Assembly: GCA_963740315.1 (NCBI GenBank)
Contig: CAVUDP010000002.1
Span: 1,824,001 to 1,888,000 of the forward strand
From: an uncultured cyanobacterium
GTDB lineage: Bacteria > Cyanobacteriota > Cyanobacteriia > Cyanobacteriales > Nostocaceae
Direction: 5' to 3'
DNA: 64,000 bases
Shown here: positions 35,214 through 47,021 of the stretch, piece after piece
Layout of the letters: each line of letters opens with the position of its first letter
Numbering within the stretch: position 1 is the first letter of the stretch
Made by a program: the position numbers and the translations under genes
Notes under the pieces: generated by a model
The model's input: only the letters and a program-made list of their open reading frames with translations
Database searches by the model: none
What the model was told of the DNA's origin: nothing

Positions 35214-36212
35214 TTAAAATCTGAACTGCTGTAAATTAGTGCGGGGATGGAAGGTACGAATATCTCGGATTTTTTCATAATATTCCCGTTCTTGCTGGCT
35301 GATATCTTTAGGTGTGGCGATCGCAATCTTTACAAATTGATCGCCTTGTTCGCCGTTACGATTGCGCCAACCTTTACCGCGTAACCGTAACGTTTGCCCC
35401 GCACGCACTCCGGCTGGAAGTTTGACATCAACCATACCGTCGGGTGTCGGTACCTCAATTGTTGCTCCCAATACTGCCTCATCGGGAGTAATCGGTACTT
35501 CACATAGCAAATTGTCGCCATCAAATTTAAAAAACGGGTGATTTCCAAGTTCAACTACCAGATATAAATCGCCACGTTTTTGGTTTAAGGGGCTAACTGG
35601 TCCTTTTCCTTTTACTCTCAATCGACTACCGGGTTTTGCTCCAGCAGGAATGCGAACATCAATAGTTTCAGTACCCAAATTAAAGCGCTTTTGTACGCCA
35701 TTAAAAGCTTCTTTAAAAGTTAAAGTAATCGTCGCTTCACTATCTTGAGCGGCACCTCCACTCCTATCTTGGAAACCACCAAAGTCACTAAATCCACCGA
35801 AACCACCCGCACCACCAGGTGAAGTCCGATAAGAATAGCTTTGTCTTCCTCCAGGGTTTCCACCAGCAAACTTTCCTAATAATTCATTAATAAAATCATC
35901 AAAGCTACTATACTGCCCGAAATCAAAACCATTCATATCTACACCAGCACCACCACCACCGGGGAAGCCTTGTCCAACTTGCTTCCAATATTGACCAAAC
36001 TGGTCGTACTTTTGACGCTTTTCGGGATCTGATAATACTTCGTATGCTTCGTTAACTTCTTTAAAACGTCCCTCAGCTTCCTTGTTACCTTGGTTCACGT
36101 CAGGATGATATTGACGAGCTAATTTACGAAAAGCTTTTTTAATATCTTCTTGAGTAGCGCTTTTATTTACTCCCAAAATCTGATAATAGTCTTTGAAGTC
36201 GGTTGCAGCCAT
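35214..36212 (-). CDS. DnaJ-class (CbpA-like) co-chaperone without Zn finger
   Basis: J-domain HPD, G/F-rich region, C-terminal DnaJ domain; no CxxCxGxG motifs. Confidence 0.93.
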   Translation of the reverse strand: MAATDFKDYYQILGVNKSATQEDIKKAFRKLARQYHPDVNQGNKEAEGRFKEVNEAYEVLSDPEKRQKYDQFGQYWKQVGQGFPGGGGAGVDMNGFDFGQYSSFDDFINELLGKFAGGNPGGRQSYSYRTSPGGAGGFGGFSDFGGFQDRSGGAAQDSEATITLTFKEAFNGVQKRFNLGTETIDVRIPAGAKPGSRLRVKGKGPVSPLNQKRGDLYLVVELGNHPFFKFDGDNLLCEVPITPDEAVLGATIEVPTPDGMVDVKLPAGVRAGQTLRLRGKGWRNRNGEQGDQFVKIAIATPKDISQQEREYYEKIRDIRTFHPRTNLQQFRF

Positions 36213-36418
36213 CTACTAGCCTCCTTTATAAAATTTACTTTATATTTTTTCCATACATTAATTGAGTCAATGCACCGCGCCAACTATAATTGCGGACATT
36301 CTGACTCTCATTTTAAATTAACAAATATTAAATAATTACCAGGTGCGGTTCTTGCTCACAGATGCAGGGAAATTTCCGTACCGTGCAGGGAAAAAAGAAA
36401 TCCTAGATAAGATAATAA

Positions 36419-36513
36419 GACTTACGTACTTTCAACGATAAATTAGATATTTGAAACTAAAAGGTATGTATTACTTCTAAGTGCAAATAAATCGATTGAA
36501 AAGTACGTAAGTC
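36419..36513. mobile_element. ~95-bp MITE-like element
   Basis: Terminal inverted repeat GACTTACGTACTTT / AAAGTACGTAAGTC, extending imperfectly inward. Confidence 0.65.
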
Positions 36514-36592
36514 CAGTTATTCGATCGCAATTAGTTGTTAGATATACTAACTACTTTTATGCTATCCAAATTTACGTCTGAGTAATTCTTGA

Positions 36593-37882
36593 CTAAATGA
36601 TTGTTTTGTCGGCGATCGTCGCATTCTTAATTATGACTACAATACCGCTGCGGATATAAAAACCTTGGTCTTCGCGATCGGCTTCTTGAACACCATCTTT
36701 GTTGATAATTTGCACGTCGCACCCTATGCAGGCATTTTTGTCAACGATGGCGCGGCGAATAGTAGTGTTAGCTCCTATACCCAAACTTGCTGGACCATCG
36801 CTACAGTCGGACTGACGTTCGGCATAAGGCTGGTAAAAATCCGATCCCATAATTAAGGTATCTTCAATATTGCATCCAGACTCAACGCGCGTTCGTACTC
36901 CTAAAACCGAGTTTACAATCCGGCAATCTTTGAGAATACAGCCTTCTCCAATCATCGATTGTGATATTTGACAATTTAATAATTTTGTCGGAGGTAGGTA
37001 ACGAGAACGGGTGTAAATCGGCGCTTCTTCATCGTAGAAGCTAAAAGATGGGTGGGGTTGCTGGGTTAATGCCAGATTTGAGTTGTAAAACGCTTCAATG
37101 GTTCCAATATCTTCCCAATAGTCATCGAACAAGTAAGCTTGAATGTTGTAACTATCCAATGCACCAGGAAGAATTTCCTTACCGAAATCGGTTTGGTCTT
37201 TTGATTGTTTTAGCAAGTCGAGTAAAACTTGTTTCTTAAAGACGTAAATCCCCATTGAGGCGATGTACGGCTTTTCTTTAGCTTGGTCTGCATCCAAGCC
37301 AAGTACAGTTGTATCAACAGCCATTTCCTTTAAAGCTTCACCTTTGGGTTTTTCGCTGAAGCTCACAACCTTACCATTATCGTCAATTTTTATTAAGCCA
37401 AAGTCGGAAGCGCCACGTTCATCCATAGGAACCACTGATAAAGTCACATCAGCTCCGGTTTCCCGATGGCGTTCGACGAAGTGACGGTAGTCCATGCGAT
37501 AGAGATGGTCGCCTGATAAAATCAGATACTCATCGATATCCCATTCTTCAAAAAGCCACTGATACTGACGCACCGCATCGGCAGTACCTTGGAACCAGCT
37601 TGAACTGTTTGGGGTTTTCTGTGGGGCGAGAACTTCTACGAAACCCTCAGTAAAACCAGCAAAGCTATAAGCACGGGCAAGGTGACGGTTCAAGGAAGCC
37701 GAGTTGAACTGCGTCAACACGTAAATTTTAAATATTTCTGAATTTATACAGTTACTAACCGGAATATCTATTAAGCGATATTTACCGGCTAATGGAACCG
37801 CTGGTTTAGCACGAAACTTCGTTAACGGATAAAGACGGGTACCCGCACCCCCACCGAGAATAATACCTAAAACTTTTTTCAT
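36593..37882 (-). CDS. glgC: Glucose-1-phosphate adenylyltransferase
   Basis: [48 protein letters not shown] 37882 after GGAG. Confidence 0.97.
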   Translation of the reverse strand: MKKVLGIILGGGAGTRLYPLTKFRAKPAVPLAGKYRLIDIPVSNCINSEIFKIYVLTQFNSASLNRHLARAYSFAGFTEGFVEVLAPQKTPNSSSWFQGTADAVRQYQWLFEEWDIDEYLILSGDHLYRMDYRHFVERHRETGADVTLSVVPMDERGASDFGLIKIDDNGKVVSFSEKPKGEALKEMAVDTTVLGLDADQAKEKPYIASMGIYVFKKQVLLDLLKQSKDQTDFGKEILPGALDSYNIQAYLFDDYWEDIGTIEAFYNSNLALTQQPHPSFSFYDEEAPIYTRSRYLPPTKLLNCQISQSMIGEGCILKDCRIVNSVLGVRTRVESGCNIEDTLIMGSDFYQPYAERQSDCSDGPASLGIGANTTIRRAIVDKNACIGCDVQIINKDGVQEADREDQGFYIRSGIVVIIKNATIADKTII

Positions 37883-38084
37883 TTTATTTCTCCAAACTGC
37901 CGATCTGCTCTCACTAATCAGTTTATGACTGAGTGTGACAGCTCGCACAGGGAAAATCAAAGATTAAGTTAAGTTAATGAGAACACTATTATTGTAGTGA
38001 AAAATAATACTTTCAATAACTTTAGGATTATTATAATGTATCAATTAATATTAGTAATTATCAACGAACTACACTTTTACTATC

Positions 38085-38360
38085 TTAATCCCCACTAACC
38101 AAAAGCAATCGCTGAGAAAGTTTCAGATATTGCACCCAAGGCTGCTCCGAAAGCTGAGAGATTGCATTTGGCGATAATGTTGCTGTCAACACATCTTTTC
38201 CATCCGCGATACCACTGACACCAAAACTCTCTAAAAGAGCAGTTGCCCCAGAATTTAGATCGGATTCAGTATGAATAAAAACTACTAAACTAGGTTTTGA
38301 TGAGTCTTTAATTTCTTTAAGTGCCAATATAAGAGCGATATCTAGCTTAGAAAAGTTCAT
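38085..38360 (-). CDS. Stand-alone subtilase prodomain-like (I9-like) protein, about 91 aa
   Basis: MNFSKLDIALILAL...SLVVFIHTE...VLTATLSPNAISQLSEQPWVQYLKLSQRL aligns by eye with the N-terminal ~105 aa of the upstream S8 protease. Confidence 0.75.
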   Translation of the reverse strand: MNFSKLDIALILALKEIKDSSKPSLVVFIHTESDLNSGATALLESFGVSGIADGKDVLTATLSPNAISQLSEQPWVQYLKLSQRLLLVSGD

Positions 38361-38435
38361 ATGTTTAAATGAGCAAGGGGCAGGTAATAGTAATCTTACT
38401 TGCCCCCGTTTCAACCTATCAAGTATAAAGTTACA

Positions 38436-38535
38436 GGTCAAAGGTCAAAGGTTAAAGTTTGAACGTTAAAGGTAAAATTCTCCCCATCCCCCCATCCCCC
38501 CATCCCCCCATCTCCTTGTCTCCCCCGAACCCCAT
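38436..38535. repeat. STRR heptamer tracts
   Basis: (AAAGGTC/T) and (CCCCCATC) tandem units. Confidence 0.75.
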
Positions 38536-38550
38536 CCTTATTACCAAAAT

Positions 38551-40293
38551 TTAGAGATTTTCTGCGTCAATTAATCCAAATCCCCATTTATTATCAAATG
38601 TTCCTTTTTCTTTTCCAGGAATAGAACAATTTTTGTATAGCAGTTCTTTCAATGCTTCGGGATCGAGTTTGGGGTTGCGCTGTAATAGTAATGCGATTAA
38701 GCCGGTAACGAAAGGTGTTGCCATACTGGTACCTGCTAACGCTACAAACTTGGAGTTAATAACCATCGAACGATCTAAATCGGCATCGCTAGAAAGGGCT
38801 GAAACTATCATTGCCCCCGGTGCAGCAATATCTGGTTTGCGATCGCCATTTCTTAATGGTCCTTCGCTGCTAAACTCTGAAATAGTATCTAACTCTAAGC
38901 CCATTTGCCGCTCTTTACCATCAATATCAGTATATTTAGCTTTTGTAGTATAAGAAGCAACTGTAATAGAACTGCCAGCACATCCAGGGGAACCAATTTT
39001 GACTGAATCAGCGATACTTTTACCTGTAAAAAAGACTGAACTCACGTCATCTAAAGTCCAAACGTCTACACGGGCTTCATTTGAAGATGTATTTCGTAAT
39101 CGCAACTGCCACACACCACCCGGTACAGGCTGATTAAATTGTCCTTCGCCAGTACCGCGAATTTGCACGAAGAAATTATAATCACCGTTCATTGGGTCTT
39201 TACCCGGTGTGACTATTTCTACCCGTGCATCTGACAAATTGTATTCTTGTGCGGGATTATCGTCAGTAATAATTGGTTGGAAAGGGGTAACGAAACCGTT
39301 GGGACTCCGCACAGAAACTTCTAGCTCCGAATCTTTAGAGTACCAACCGTTTAACCATACTATACCTACTTGATTTAACGGTGCAGCAAAACGCATGGTG
39401 TTCATCTCGCCGCTTTTAACAAGGGTTTGACCGTGAATATTGTCGTTACCTTCGTTACCTGCTGCGGTGCAAACAATCCTTCCCGGACCAGTTTGGGCAT
39501 TGATGATTTTAGACAGAGAATCGGTACCATCATGACCATCGGCGTGTCCGCCCAAGCTAAGATTGACTACAGCCGGAAGCCCCATCTCGCTGGCGACTCG
39601 GAAAATATAGCGAACCCCGTCGGCGATGTGAGCATCCTGTAAATCGGTTTTGACAATGATAAATTCTGCTTCTGGGGCAACACCGCAAAATTCTCGATCT
39701 GAACCGCCAGCAATACCCGCAACGTGAGTACCGTGTCCGTTAGTATCAAGAGACATTGCCAGGTATTTGTCTTCTAGCTCGGCACCATATCTACCTTCGG
39801 CAACTCCTTTCCCCGATAATGTTTGATCCCAAACACGTAAAATACGTCCAGAGAAAGCAGGATGTGCCGAATCAATACCGCTATCAATTACACCAATGAC
39901 TACACCCTTACCGCTTAGTTGCGAGTTTTTTTGCTGAAACTGCGGCAATGTGACTTTCCCAGGTGCAACATCCATCCGCCAATGCAGTTTTCGGGATGGC
40001 TTGATACGCTTAATGGCTGGTTCTTCGGATAAACGGTCTAAATTTTCGATAGGTAAAAAAGCGGTTCGTACTTTGCCCCTATTTTGATTGATTATAATAC
40101 CGTACTGTGATAAGTGACTTAAGTCTGCTTCTTCGTCACAGTAAATAAAAACTACGCTACGAATTGGCTTCAAGGCACTTCGGGGAGAAATTATACCAAG
40201 CGAACGCTTGTGAGTTGCTAATGCTGAACCTCCTTCTTTGTGAAAGTCTTCGTAAGCTAATAATATTCCAGGAGAAAGTTTTTCGTGTCTCAT
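38551..40293 (-). CDS. S8 subtilisin-like serine protease (Csp-like, with insertion), no obvious signal peptide
   Basis: Catalytic triad VIDSGID, HGTHVAGI, GTSMATP; oxyanion AAGNEG; N-terminal prodomain. Confidence 0.93.
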   Translation of the reverse strand: MRHEKLSPGILLAYEDFHKEGGSALATHKRSLGIISPRSALKPIRSVVFIYCDEEADLSHLSQYGIIINQNRGKVRTAFLPIENLDRLSEEPAIKRIKPSRKLHWRMDVAPGKVTLPQFQQKNSQLSGKGVVIGVIDSGIDSAHPAFSGRILRVWDQTLSGKGVAEGRYGAELEDKYLAMSLDTNGHGTHVAGIAGGSDREFCGVAPEAEFIIVKTDLQDAHIADGVRYIFRVASEMGLPAVVNLSLGGHADGHDGTDSLSKIINAQTGPGRIVCTAAGNEGNDNIHGQTLVKSGEMNTMRFAAPLNQVGIVWLNGWYSKDSELEVSVRSPNGFVTPFQPIITDDNPAQEYNLSDARVEIVTPGKDPMNGDYNFFVQIRGTGEGQFNQPVPGGVWQLRLRNTSSNEARVDVWTLDDVSSVFFTGKSIADSVKIGSPGCAGSSITVASYTTKAKYTDIDGKERQMGLELDTISEFSSEGPLRNGDRKPDIAAPGAMIVSALSSDADLDRSMVINSKFVALAGTSMATPFVTGLIALLLQRNPKLDPEALKELLYKNCSIPGKEKGTFDNKWGFGLIDAENL

Positions 40294-41114
40294 ATTAACC
40301 TCTACTTAACTGTAAGTTCTGCAAGATTTTACCAGGATAAGTCGTCTAAATTACATTGCTACAAGTATTTTTTTTACCTTTGATTGCTTGATGAAAGTAT
40401 AGTTATATTTTTCTACAATCAAATTATTTGTTTTGTAGTAATGCATATGATTTGATCGCAGATAACTAATAACTCCTTGACAAGAATCTATTCAAGAAAT
40501 ACACATTTTTATTTGTTGATTACAGATAATCGCATAAAATATAAAATATCGCGATCGCAAATACTTGGCGTGTAAGTATGCCTTTGCTTAGTGCTTTACT
40601 ATGTATGGATGTATCAATGCTGCTCTACAGGGGTTTGAATTATGTACAAAACAACCTATAACCTTGCGATCGCCCGCACGGCTGTGCCAATCGCGGTACG
40701 CCATCATATATTGTTGGGGGCAACGCCCGAACTTTAATGGCTTCCAGCTATAGTTGCATTGTCGCGCTATTGTAATATTTTGTAAAAATTAAGCTTTAGT
40801 TAAATTCGTGCTGCAAATAAAAATTGCGCTGAAAATAAAGCGTTCTAAATTTTGCTAGCTAACTTTAAAAATTATAATTATATCTTTAAAGTAGCGTCGG
40901 GATTAATACTGCTAAGTCGCTCAAAAAAGTAATTTTTAATGATTAATAGTCATTTATCTAAAGTTATAGACTTCCGTATTTTCTCTATATACACCAGTAT
41001 AAGTTACTTGTTATACTTTTAATCGACAATTGTAATGAACTTATTTTCGACCTTTCGGCTAGTTTTGCATTTGATACAAGCATAATTCTTAAGCAGAATA
41101 TTTACTTAAGTTAT

Positions 41115-41271
41115 TAAAGGATGTTTGGAAATTTATAAATAAAAATTACAGATTTTAATATCCCCAATTATCCCCTTTTAAAAGGGGACTTAAATCCCTC
41201 TTTTCTAAAGGGGGGAAAAAGGGATAATCTGAGAATGGCGTTAAAAACGATATTTTTTAAATATCCTCTTA
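41115..41271. mobile_element. Degenerate MITE-like element with CCCC/GGGG hairpin cargo
   Basis: Ends TAAAGGATGTTTGGAAA and TTTTTAAATATCCTCTTA are imperfect inverted repeats; internal TCCCCTTTTAAAAGGGGA palindrome. Confidence 0.55.
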
Positions 41272-41840
41272 GCTCGTGCAAATTTTTTGAAAAATTACGT
41301 TATTTTAACTGTTTATTTGACTTAGATAAGCACATAGAAGAGCCTACCTAATACTAGATTGATATTAGTTGAAGTTAAATGATAGAGTTACTTTTTAAAA
41401 CAGCAAAATATTGATTAATATCGAATATTGCTAATTATCGGGAATAAAATTGAATAATTAATTATTTGTGAGTATAGTTAAACAGGTTAGCGGATAGGTT
41501 GAGGATAAAAGACTCATATTAACTATCTACTTTTTTACAAAACAAATTATATTAATAAGATAAATATGATATTTATTGGTTGATAAATAAAATTAATATA
41601 ATCTTATCGATGCAAACTACAAATAGTTCGTAAAATGGCATAAACTGGGATATAACATTGAGAGAATTACATAATACAAACATTGGGAGTTGATAGAACT
41701 AAATTAGATTTTACTGGACTGAAAATTTCATTTTTTTTAAATCGTAAATATCAAATCTTTATTGCCATTACCAAAGTATCATAATGCTGCTAATGGTTAG
41801 TTAACTTAGCTGCTTGGGAGCTTAACTGGTGTGTTTCTAT

Positions 41841-44696
41841 ATGACAAAATATAAATTGCAAACACTACTCAAGCGAAAAACGACAAATCTATATAATTCC
41901 TGTCGAATTTCCTATAATAAATTACCGCTAACTTGCGAAGATAAAACTCCGAGAGTTTCTATAATTTACGAAGAGATATTGTTTAAAACAGATAGTTCGG
42001 GAAGATGGACATTTCTAAGTCCAATCTGGAATGAATTAACTGGATTTACGGTTGCAGAAAGTATTGGTAATAGCTTTCTTGATTACATTCATCCTTGCGA
42101 GTATCAACGCAATTATGAATTATTTCAAATTCTGAAAGCACGACATATAGAAGAAAGCGTATACAAAACTCGCTACAAAACCTCTGAAGGAGATATTTGT
42201 ATTGTTAAAATTCGGATGCGAACTTTAGTTGATAGACAAGAACAAATGATTGGTACTTCTGGTACGCTCGAACTAATTGATTTTGAAAAACCAGAATACT
42301 ACGAAAACGAGCAGCATCAAATAGATAGTCAATATGATGCAGAAGTTGTTGAGGTGAATAATCATTACCTCGAAGCACTTATTAATATACAAACTGAAGC
42401 GCAGACTTTCGATGGTAGCAATCAATGCTATACAAAAATTCTATCTATTTTAGGAAGGGCTGTCTTAGCTAGCCGAGTTTATATATTTGAAAATTCTCAA
42501 TCTAAAAACGGGATATTAACTAATTACAAAGCTGAATGGTGCGACACGGGTATTACTCAAACTAATACAGTGATGCCTTCAAAATCAGTAGCAGAAATTT
42601 TTCCTAATTGGGCACAGATATTAGCACGAGGTGATATTGCTTCTGGTAAGTTGACAGAAGTTAGCATTGAAGAACAAAAGTTTTTTGAAGCGAGAGGAGT
42701 TGTTTCTGTCTTACTTTTACCTATTGTTTTCAAAGGTGAGTTTTTAGGATTTATAGGATTAGAAGACTGTGTAGAAGAGAGAGTTTGGCAACCAACAGAA
42801 GTTACATTTTTGCAAGCCGCAGCAGGCGTGATTTCTCTTGCTTATGAAAATTGGTTAACTCAAAAATCGCAATTTCAAACTATTAAACAATATAAAAAAT
42901 TCAACTCAAAATTAAAAGAGCAACTCAATCAATATACCGTTGAGTTGCAAAAGGAAGATGAAAAATGCCAGCGCATACAAAAAGAACTAGAAGCATCTAT
43001 TTCTTTGCAAAAAACGACATTAGAAACTATTAATGACGGTATTCTATTAGTAGATAGCATTGGTGATATTACTGGCTACAATCATAAGCTTGTGGAAATG
43101 TGGGGTATTCCTCAGTCGCTAATGACATCAGGTAATTATGCACAAGTATTAGAATTTGTAACTAGTCAGTTGAAAAACCCTGAAGAATACTTTATTTCAG
43201 TAAATCACCTACAGACTTATCCCGGTGCAGAAATTTATGACTGGATTGAATTTAAAGATGGTAGGACATTTGAGCGCTATTCTCAACCCCAATATATTGG
43301 TAGTAAAATTGTAGGTAGAGTTTGGAGTTTTCGGGATATCAGCGAACGTTTTCAAGCAGAAGCAATGATACGCCATCAAGCTTCACACGATCTTTTAACT
43401 AATTTACCCAATCGAATGCAGTTTTATGGACGATTGCTAGAGTCTTTAATCAAAGCGTCGCAGAATAATAGTAAATTAGCCGTGTGTTTTTTGGATCTAG
43501 ATAGATTTAAAACTATCAACGAAACATTAGGTCATAAAATCGGTGATAAATTGTTACAAAGCGTTGCCGAACGTTTAAATAAGTGTTTGTGTTCTAGCGA
43601 TACAATTGCTCGTTGGGGGGGTGATGAATTCACTTTGCTGTTGTCTGAAATTAATGGTGTGCGGGATGCTGCTCGTATTGCTCAAGAGATTTTAGCTGCT
43701 TTAAAACCAGGATTTTTGATAGACAATCATCTTCTACATATCAGTGCCAGCATTGGGATTGCTGTTTATCCCAACCACGGAAAAGATGGAGAAACCTTAA
43801 TTAAAAACGCCGATGCCGCATTAAATCGCGCAAAATTGCAAGGAAGAAATCACTATAAAGTTTATAACTCGGCGATTAATTCTCAAGCTTCTGAATTACT
43901 TAGTTTAGAAAACAGTTTGCATTATGCTGTAGAGCGAAATGAATTGATGCTATCTTACCAACCTCAAATTGATATAACTACGGGAGAAATTTGTAAGTTT
44001 GAAGCTTTATTGCGCTGGCAACATCCCAAATATGGATTAATCTCTCCTGGTAAATTTATTCCTATTGCTGAAGAAACTGGATTAATTGTACCTATTAGCG
44101 AATGGGTTTTAAGAACTGCTTGCGCTCAAAATAAAATTTGGCAAAATCTCGGTTTACCATCGGTGGGTGTAGCTGTTAACTTATCTGCAAGAGAATTTCA
44201 GCAACCACACTTAGTTGATACCGTTCGGCGCGTCTTAGCGGAAACTAAGTTATCACCTCAATACTTAGAGTTAGAAATTACTGAAAGCGCTGCAATGCAA
44301 AATGTTGATTTCAGCAAAGAAATTTTAACTAATTTAAATGATATGGGTGTTTCCATATCTATAGATGATTTTGGAACCGGATATTGTTCGTTTAATTATC
44401 TTAAACAGTTTCCCATTCACTGTTTGAAAATAGATCGTTCTTTTGTGCAAGATTTAACTAAGGATACCAACGATGCGGCTATTGTTACAGCAATGATTGC
44501 TTTAGCACATGGATTAAATCTTTCCGTTGTTGCTGAAGGTGTGGAAACCGAAGAACAACGCAATTTATTAAGAATTTTAGAATGTGAATTGATGCAGGGA
44601 AATCTTTTTAGTCCTGCTGTTTGCGCTCAAGAAGCTACAGAATTATTATTAAAATCTAAATCCCGATTGCTTGATACATCTGTTTTGGTCGCTTAA
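41841..44696 (+). CDS. PAS-GAF-PAS-GGDEF-EAL diguanylate cyclase/phosphodiesterase
   Basis: RWGGDEF, FEALLRW, ELEITES, DDFGTGY, LKIDRSF, AEGVET. Confidence 0.93.
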   Translation: MTKYKLQTLLKRKTTNLYNSCRISYNKLPLTCEDKTPRVSIIYEEILFKTDSSGRWTFLSPIWNELTGFTVAESIGNSFLDYIHPCEYQRNYELFQILKARHIEESVYKTRYKTSEGDICIVKIRMRTLVDRQEQMIGTSGTLELIDFEKPEYYENEQHQIDSQYDAEVVEVNNHYLEALINIQTEAQTFDGSNQCYTKILSILGRAVLASRVYIFENSQSKNGILTNYKAEWCDTGITQTNTVMPSKSVAEIFPNWAQILARGDIASGKLTEVSIEEQKFFEARGVVSVLLLPIVFKGEFLGFIGLEDCVEERVWQPTEVTFLQAAAGVISLAYENWLTQKSQFQTIKQYKKFNSKLKEQLNQYTVELQKEDEKCQRIQKELEASISLQKTTLETINDGILLVDSIGDITGYNHKLVEMWGIPQSLMTSGNYAQVLEFVTSQLKNPEEYFISVNHLQTYPGAEIYDWIEFKDGRTFERYSQPQYIGSKIVGRVWSFRDISERFQAEAMIRHQASHDLLTNLPNRMQFYGRLLESLIKASQNNSKLAVCFLDLDRFKTINETLGHKIGDKLLQSVAERLNKCLCSSDTIARWGGDEFTLLLSEINGVRDAARIAQEILAALKPGFLIDNHLLHISASIGIAVYPNHGKDGETLIKNADAALNRAKLQGRNHYKVYNSAINSQASELLSLENSLHYAVERNELMLSYQPQIDITTGEICKFEALLRWQHPKYGLISPGKFIPIAEETGLIVPISEWVLRTACAQNKIWQNLGLPSVGVAVNLSAREFQQPHLVDTVRRVLAETKLSPQYLELEITESAAMQNVDFSKEILTNLNDMGVSISIDDFGTGYCSFNYLKQFPIHCLKIDRSFVQDLTKDTNDAAIVTAMIALAHGLNLSVVAEGVETEEQRNLLRILECELMQGNLFSPAVCAQEATELLLKSKSRLLDTSVLVA

Positions 44697-44706
44697 AAGA
44701 ACAGTC

Positions 44707-44870
44707 AGGAGTATTGAGTATTGAGTGAGGAGTATTGAGTGAGGAGTGAGGAGTATTGAATATTGAGTATTGAGTATTGAGTTAAGAAAGCAAAGAGAGC
44801 AATTTAAAATTAATTTTTCTTCCTCTGCCTCCTCTTCCCCATCTCCCCCGAACCCCCGAACCCCATCTTC
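44707..44870. repeat. STRR heptamer tracts
   Basis: (GAGTATT)n / GAGTGAG units and CCCCCGAA units. Confidence 0.8.
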
Positions 44871-44883
44871 ACGATGCCCGATT

Positions 44884-46494
44884 TTATAAAAATTCCACCC
44901 TTGCATCAAAACCGCGATCGCGCAAAAGTTGAGATTGTCTTTGTGCTTCCACACGCTGGTTATATTCTCCGGCGTTGACAAAATCTCCTAGTCTGGATTT
45001 ACCAAGTTGAGCGGAAGGTACGTACTGAAGTACTTGATTGTAAATATCTCGATTTCGCAAAGGTATAACTACTACATAACGTTTTTCGCTGCGATTGCTA
45101 AATCCTAGTTTTGTCCAGGTTTGTTCGTCTACAAAGCCAGTTTCGGATAATCCTTGATATCGCTGGAATGCAAGCAAACCTTGTCTGGTAAAAGGACCAA
45201 AATAACCTGTGGGATTAGCTTTGAGTAAGCCTAATTCCAGCAAACGCTCTTGCACTTTTGTTACTCTTTCATTGTTATCGCCGGGATAAATCGCTTCAAA
45301 AGCCCTATCTCCTCCTTGACTTCTTAATACTGTAGATATTGCTTGAGAAGTACGTGAATCTAAATTTCCAGTCATGGGTAAACCATAACTCTGCTGGAAT
45401 CGCATCACAGCATCTTGAGTCGATTTATCAAAAAAGCCCGTGGGATTTCCGTAAAAATAATTCAGTGTCTTCAAATTTTGTTGTAACGTTGTGACTTGAG
45501 GACCTCTGGCACCAACTGTTATAACACCTGTAGGTAGAGGTGATGGAGAAACTATTTGATTCATCGCCACCCAAGTACGCTTATCTACGTTTCCAGTGGT
45601 GGGGAGGCGTTTTTCTTGTTGAAATCTGACTACAGCATCTCTAGTGACTGGACCAAAATAACCTGTAGGATTTCCCCTAAAATAATTTAAATCCTTTAAT
45701 CTCTGTTGTAGCTGGCTTATCCATTCTCCTCTACAACCGATGCTAATAATCTCTCTGTTGTAATCGCAAAAACGACCGGGAAGATTTGTCTCTTCTTGGC
45801 GTGGCGGTGCATTTAACGCCAAACGCATTGCTTCTCTGGTGCGAGGTCCGACAATGCCAATCGGATTTATACCGTTTTGTCGCTGAAAACTTATTACCGC
45901 ATTTGTGGTCAATTCGCGAAATCTACCCGTAACCGGACCGTTATAAACGCCTAAAGCTTTTAAATCTCGCTGTAATTTTGTTACAGCTGCACCATCACAG
46001 CCGCTTTTAAGTCCGCGCCTGCAAGCATTGTCAGAAACACCTCCTCCGCCTTGACCTATATTACTACCACACTTTCTTCGCAATGCAGCTTCGGTTTTAG
46101 GTCCAACTTTTCCGATAGCAGATATTCCGCTAGCTTGCTGAAATCTTCTCACGGCAGATTCAGTCATTGAGGCAAAATTGCCGTTTACCGGACCGTTAAA
46201 ATAACCCAACCTTTTTAAACAACTCTGAAGATTTTTGACTTGAGAGTTATTATCTCCTCTCTCTAAAGCTAAAGCTTCGCTATGGCTGGCTAGCATTGTA
46301 AGAGTTGTTACAACAGATATTAGAGGTAGAGCAAGTCTGCTATTATTAAACATTTTTTCACAAATATCGACTAACAACTTGAAATCAACTTTGACGGGAA
46401 CAACCTCATTATTTGAGTGGGTTTCCTTGACTAAATCTTGGTAATCGGAACCAATTGTTTTTGAGTTGAAGAAATTCCCTGTTAGGGTATTCAC
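44884..46494 (-). CDS. Multi-PG_binding_1 (peptidoglycan-binding) protein with SPOR-like C-terminus
   Basis: About five LQxxLxxLGYF..G.FG..T..AV..FQ...GL..TG.V repeats; signal-like segment ending AxA; C-terminal RYVVVIP...LRDRGFDARV. Confidence 0.85.
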   Translation of the reverse strand: MNTLTGNFFNSKTIGSDYQDLVKETHSNNEVVPVKVDFKLLVDICEKMFNNSRLALPLISVVTTLTMLASHSEALALERGDNNSQVKNLQSCLKRLGYFNGPVNGNFASMTESAVRRFQQASGISAIGKVGPKTEAALRRKCGSNIGQGGGGVSDNACRRGLKSGCDGAAVTKLQRDLKALGVYNGPVTGRFRELTTNAVISFQRQNGINPIGIVGPRTREAMRLALNAPPRQEETNLPGRFCDYNREIISIGCRGEWISQLQQRLKDLNYFRGNPTGYFGPVTRDAVVRFQQEKRLPTTGNVDKRTWVAMNQIVSPSPLPTGVITVGARGPQVTTLQQNLKTLNYFYGNPTGFFDKSTQDAVMRFQQSYGLPMTGNLDSRTSQAISTVLRSQGGDRAFEAIYPGDNNERVTKVQERLLELGLLKANPTGYFGPFTRQGLLAFQRYQGLSETGFVDEQTWTKLGFSNRSEKRYVVVIPLRNRDIYNQVLQYVPSAQLGKSRLGDFVNAGEYNQRVEAQRQSQLLRDRGFDARVEFL

Positions 46495-47021
46495 CTTACA
46501 GAAAGAATTTTTTGCATATATTTACGAGGTACTTTGGCGTTCAAAATTTATCTGGGTAAATGCAATATTTATAACTACGATTACTAACTATATCTTTCTC
46601 AGACGCTACGTCTTTATTAACCGCAACTGCAATAAAAATTCATAGTTTAGCTATTTTAGAATCCTAAAATACATATGTAATTAAGCATTGATGTATCTGG
46701 CATTTTATGCACCCATATAAAATCTACCAGATATTACTGATAACACAATTATATTACTTATGGGTAATGACACGCATATTGTTTAAGTAATATATGTATG
46801 AATTGTACATGAAATTAATCAAGGTTGAAGTAGATAATATTGTCTTAACTTTTAGATAATAGTTATTAAGTCCAAATTAAGTACGAGTAAAAAATCATGA
46901 AATAATAATACTACTATTTTCGCTTGTCTAAACTTTAATCGCCAATTTAAACGGCAAAGCATCAAGCTTACAAACTAGATTAGTAACCTGTAAGACAAGC
47001 AAAAATTCCAAATTGAAAAGT

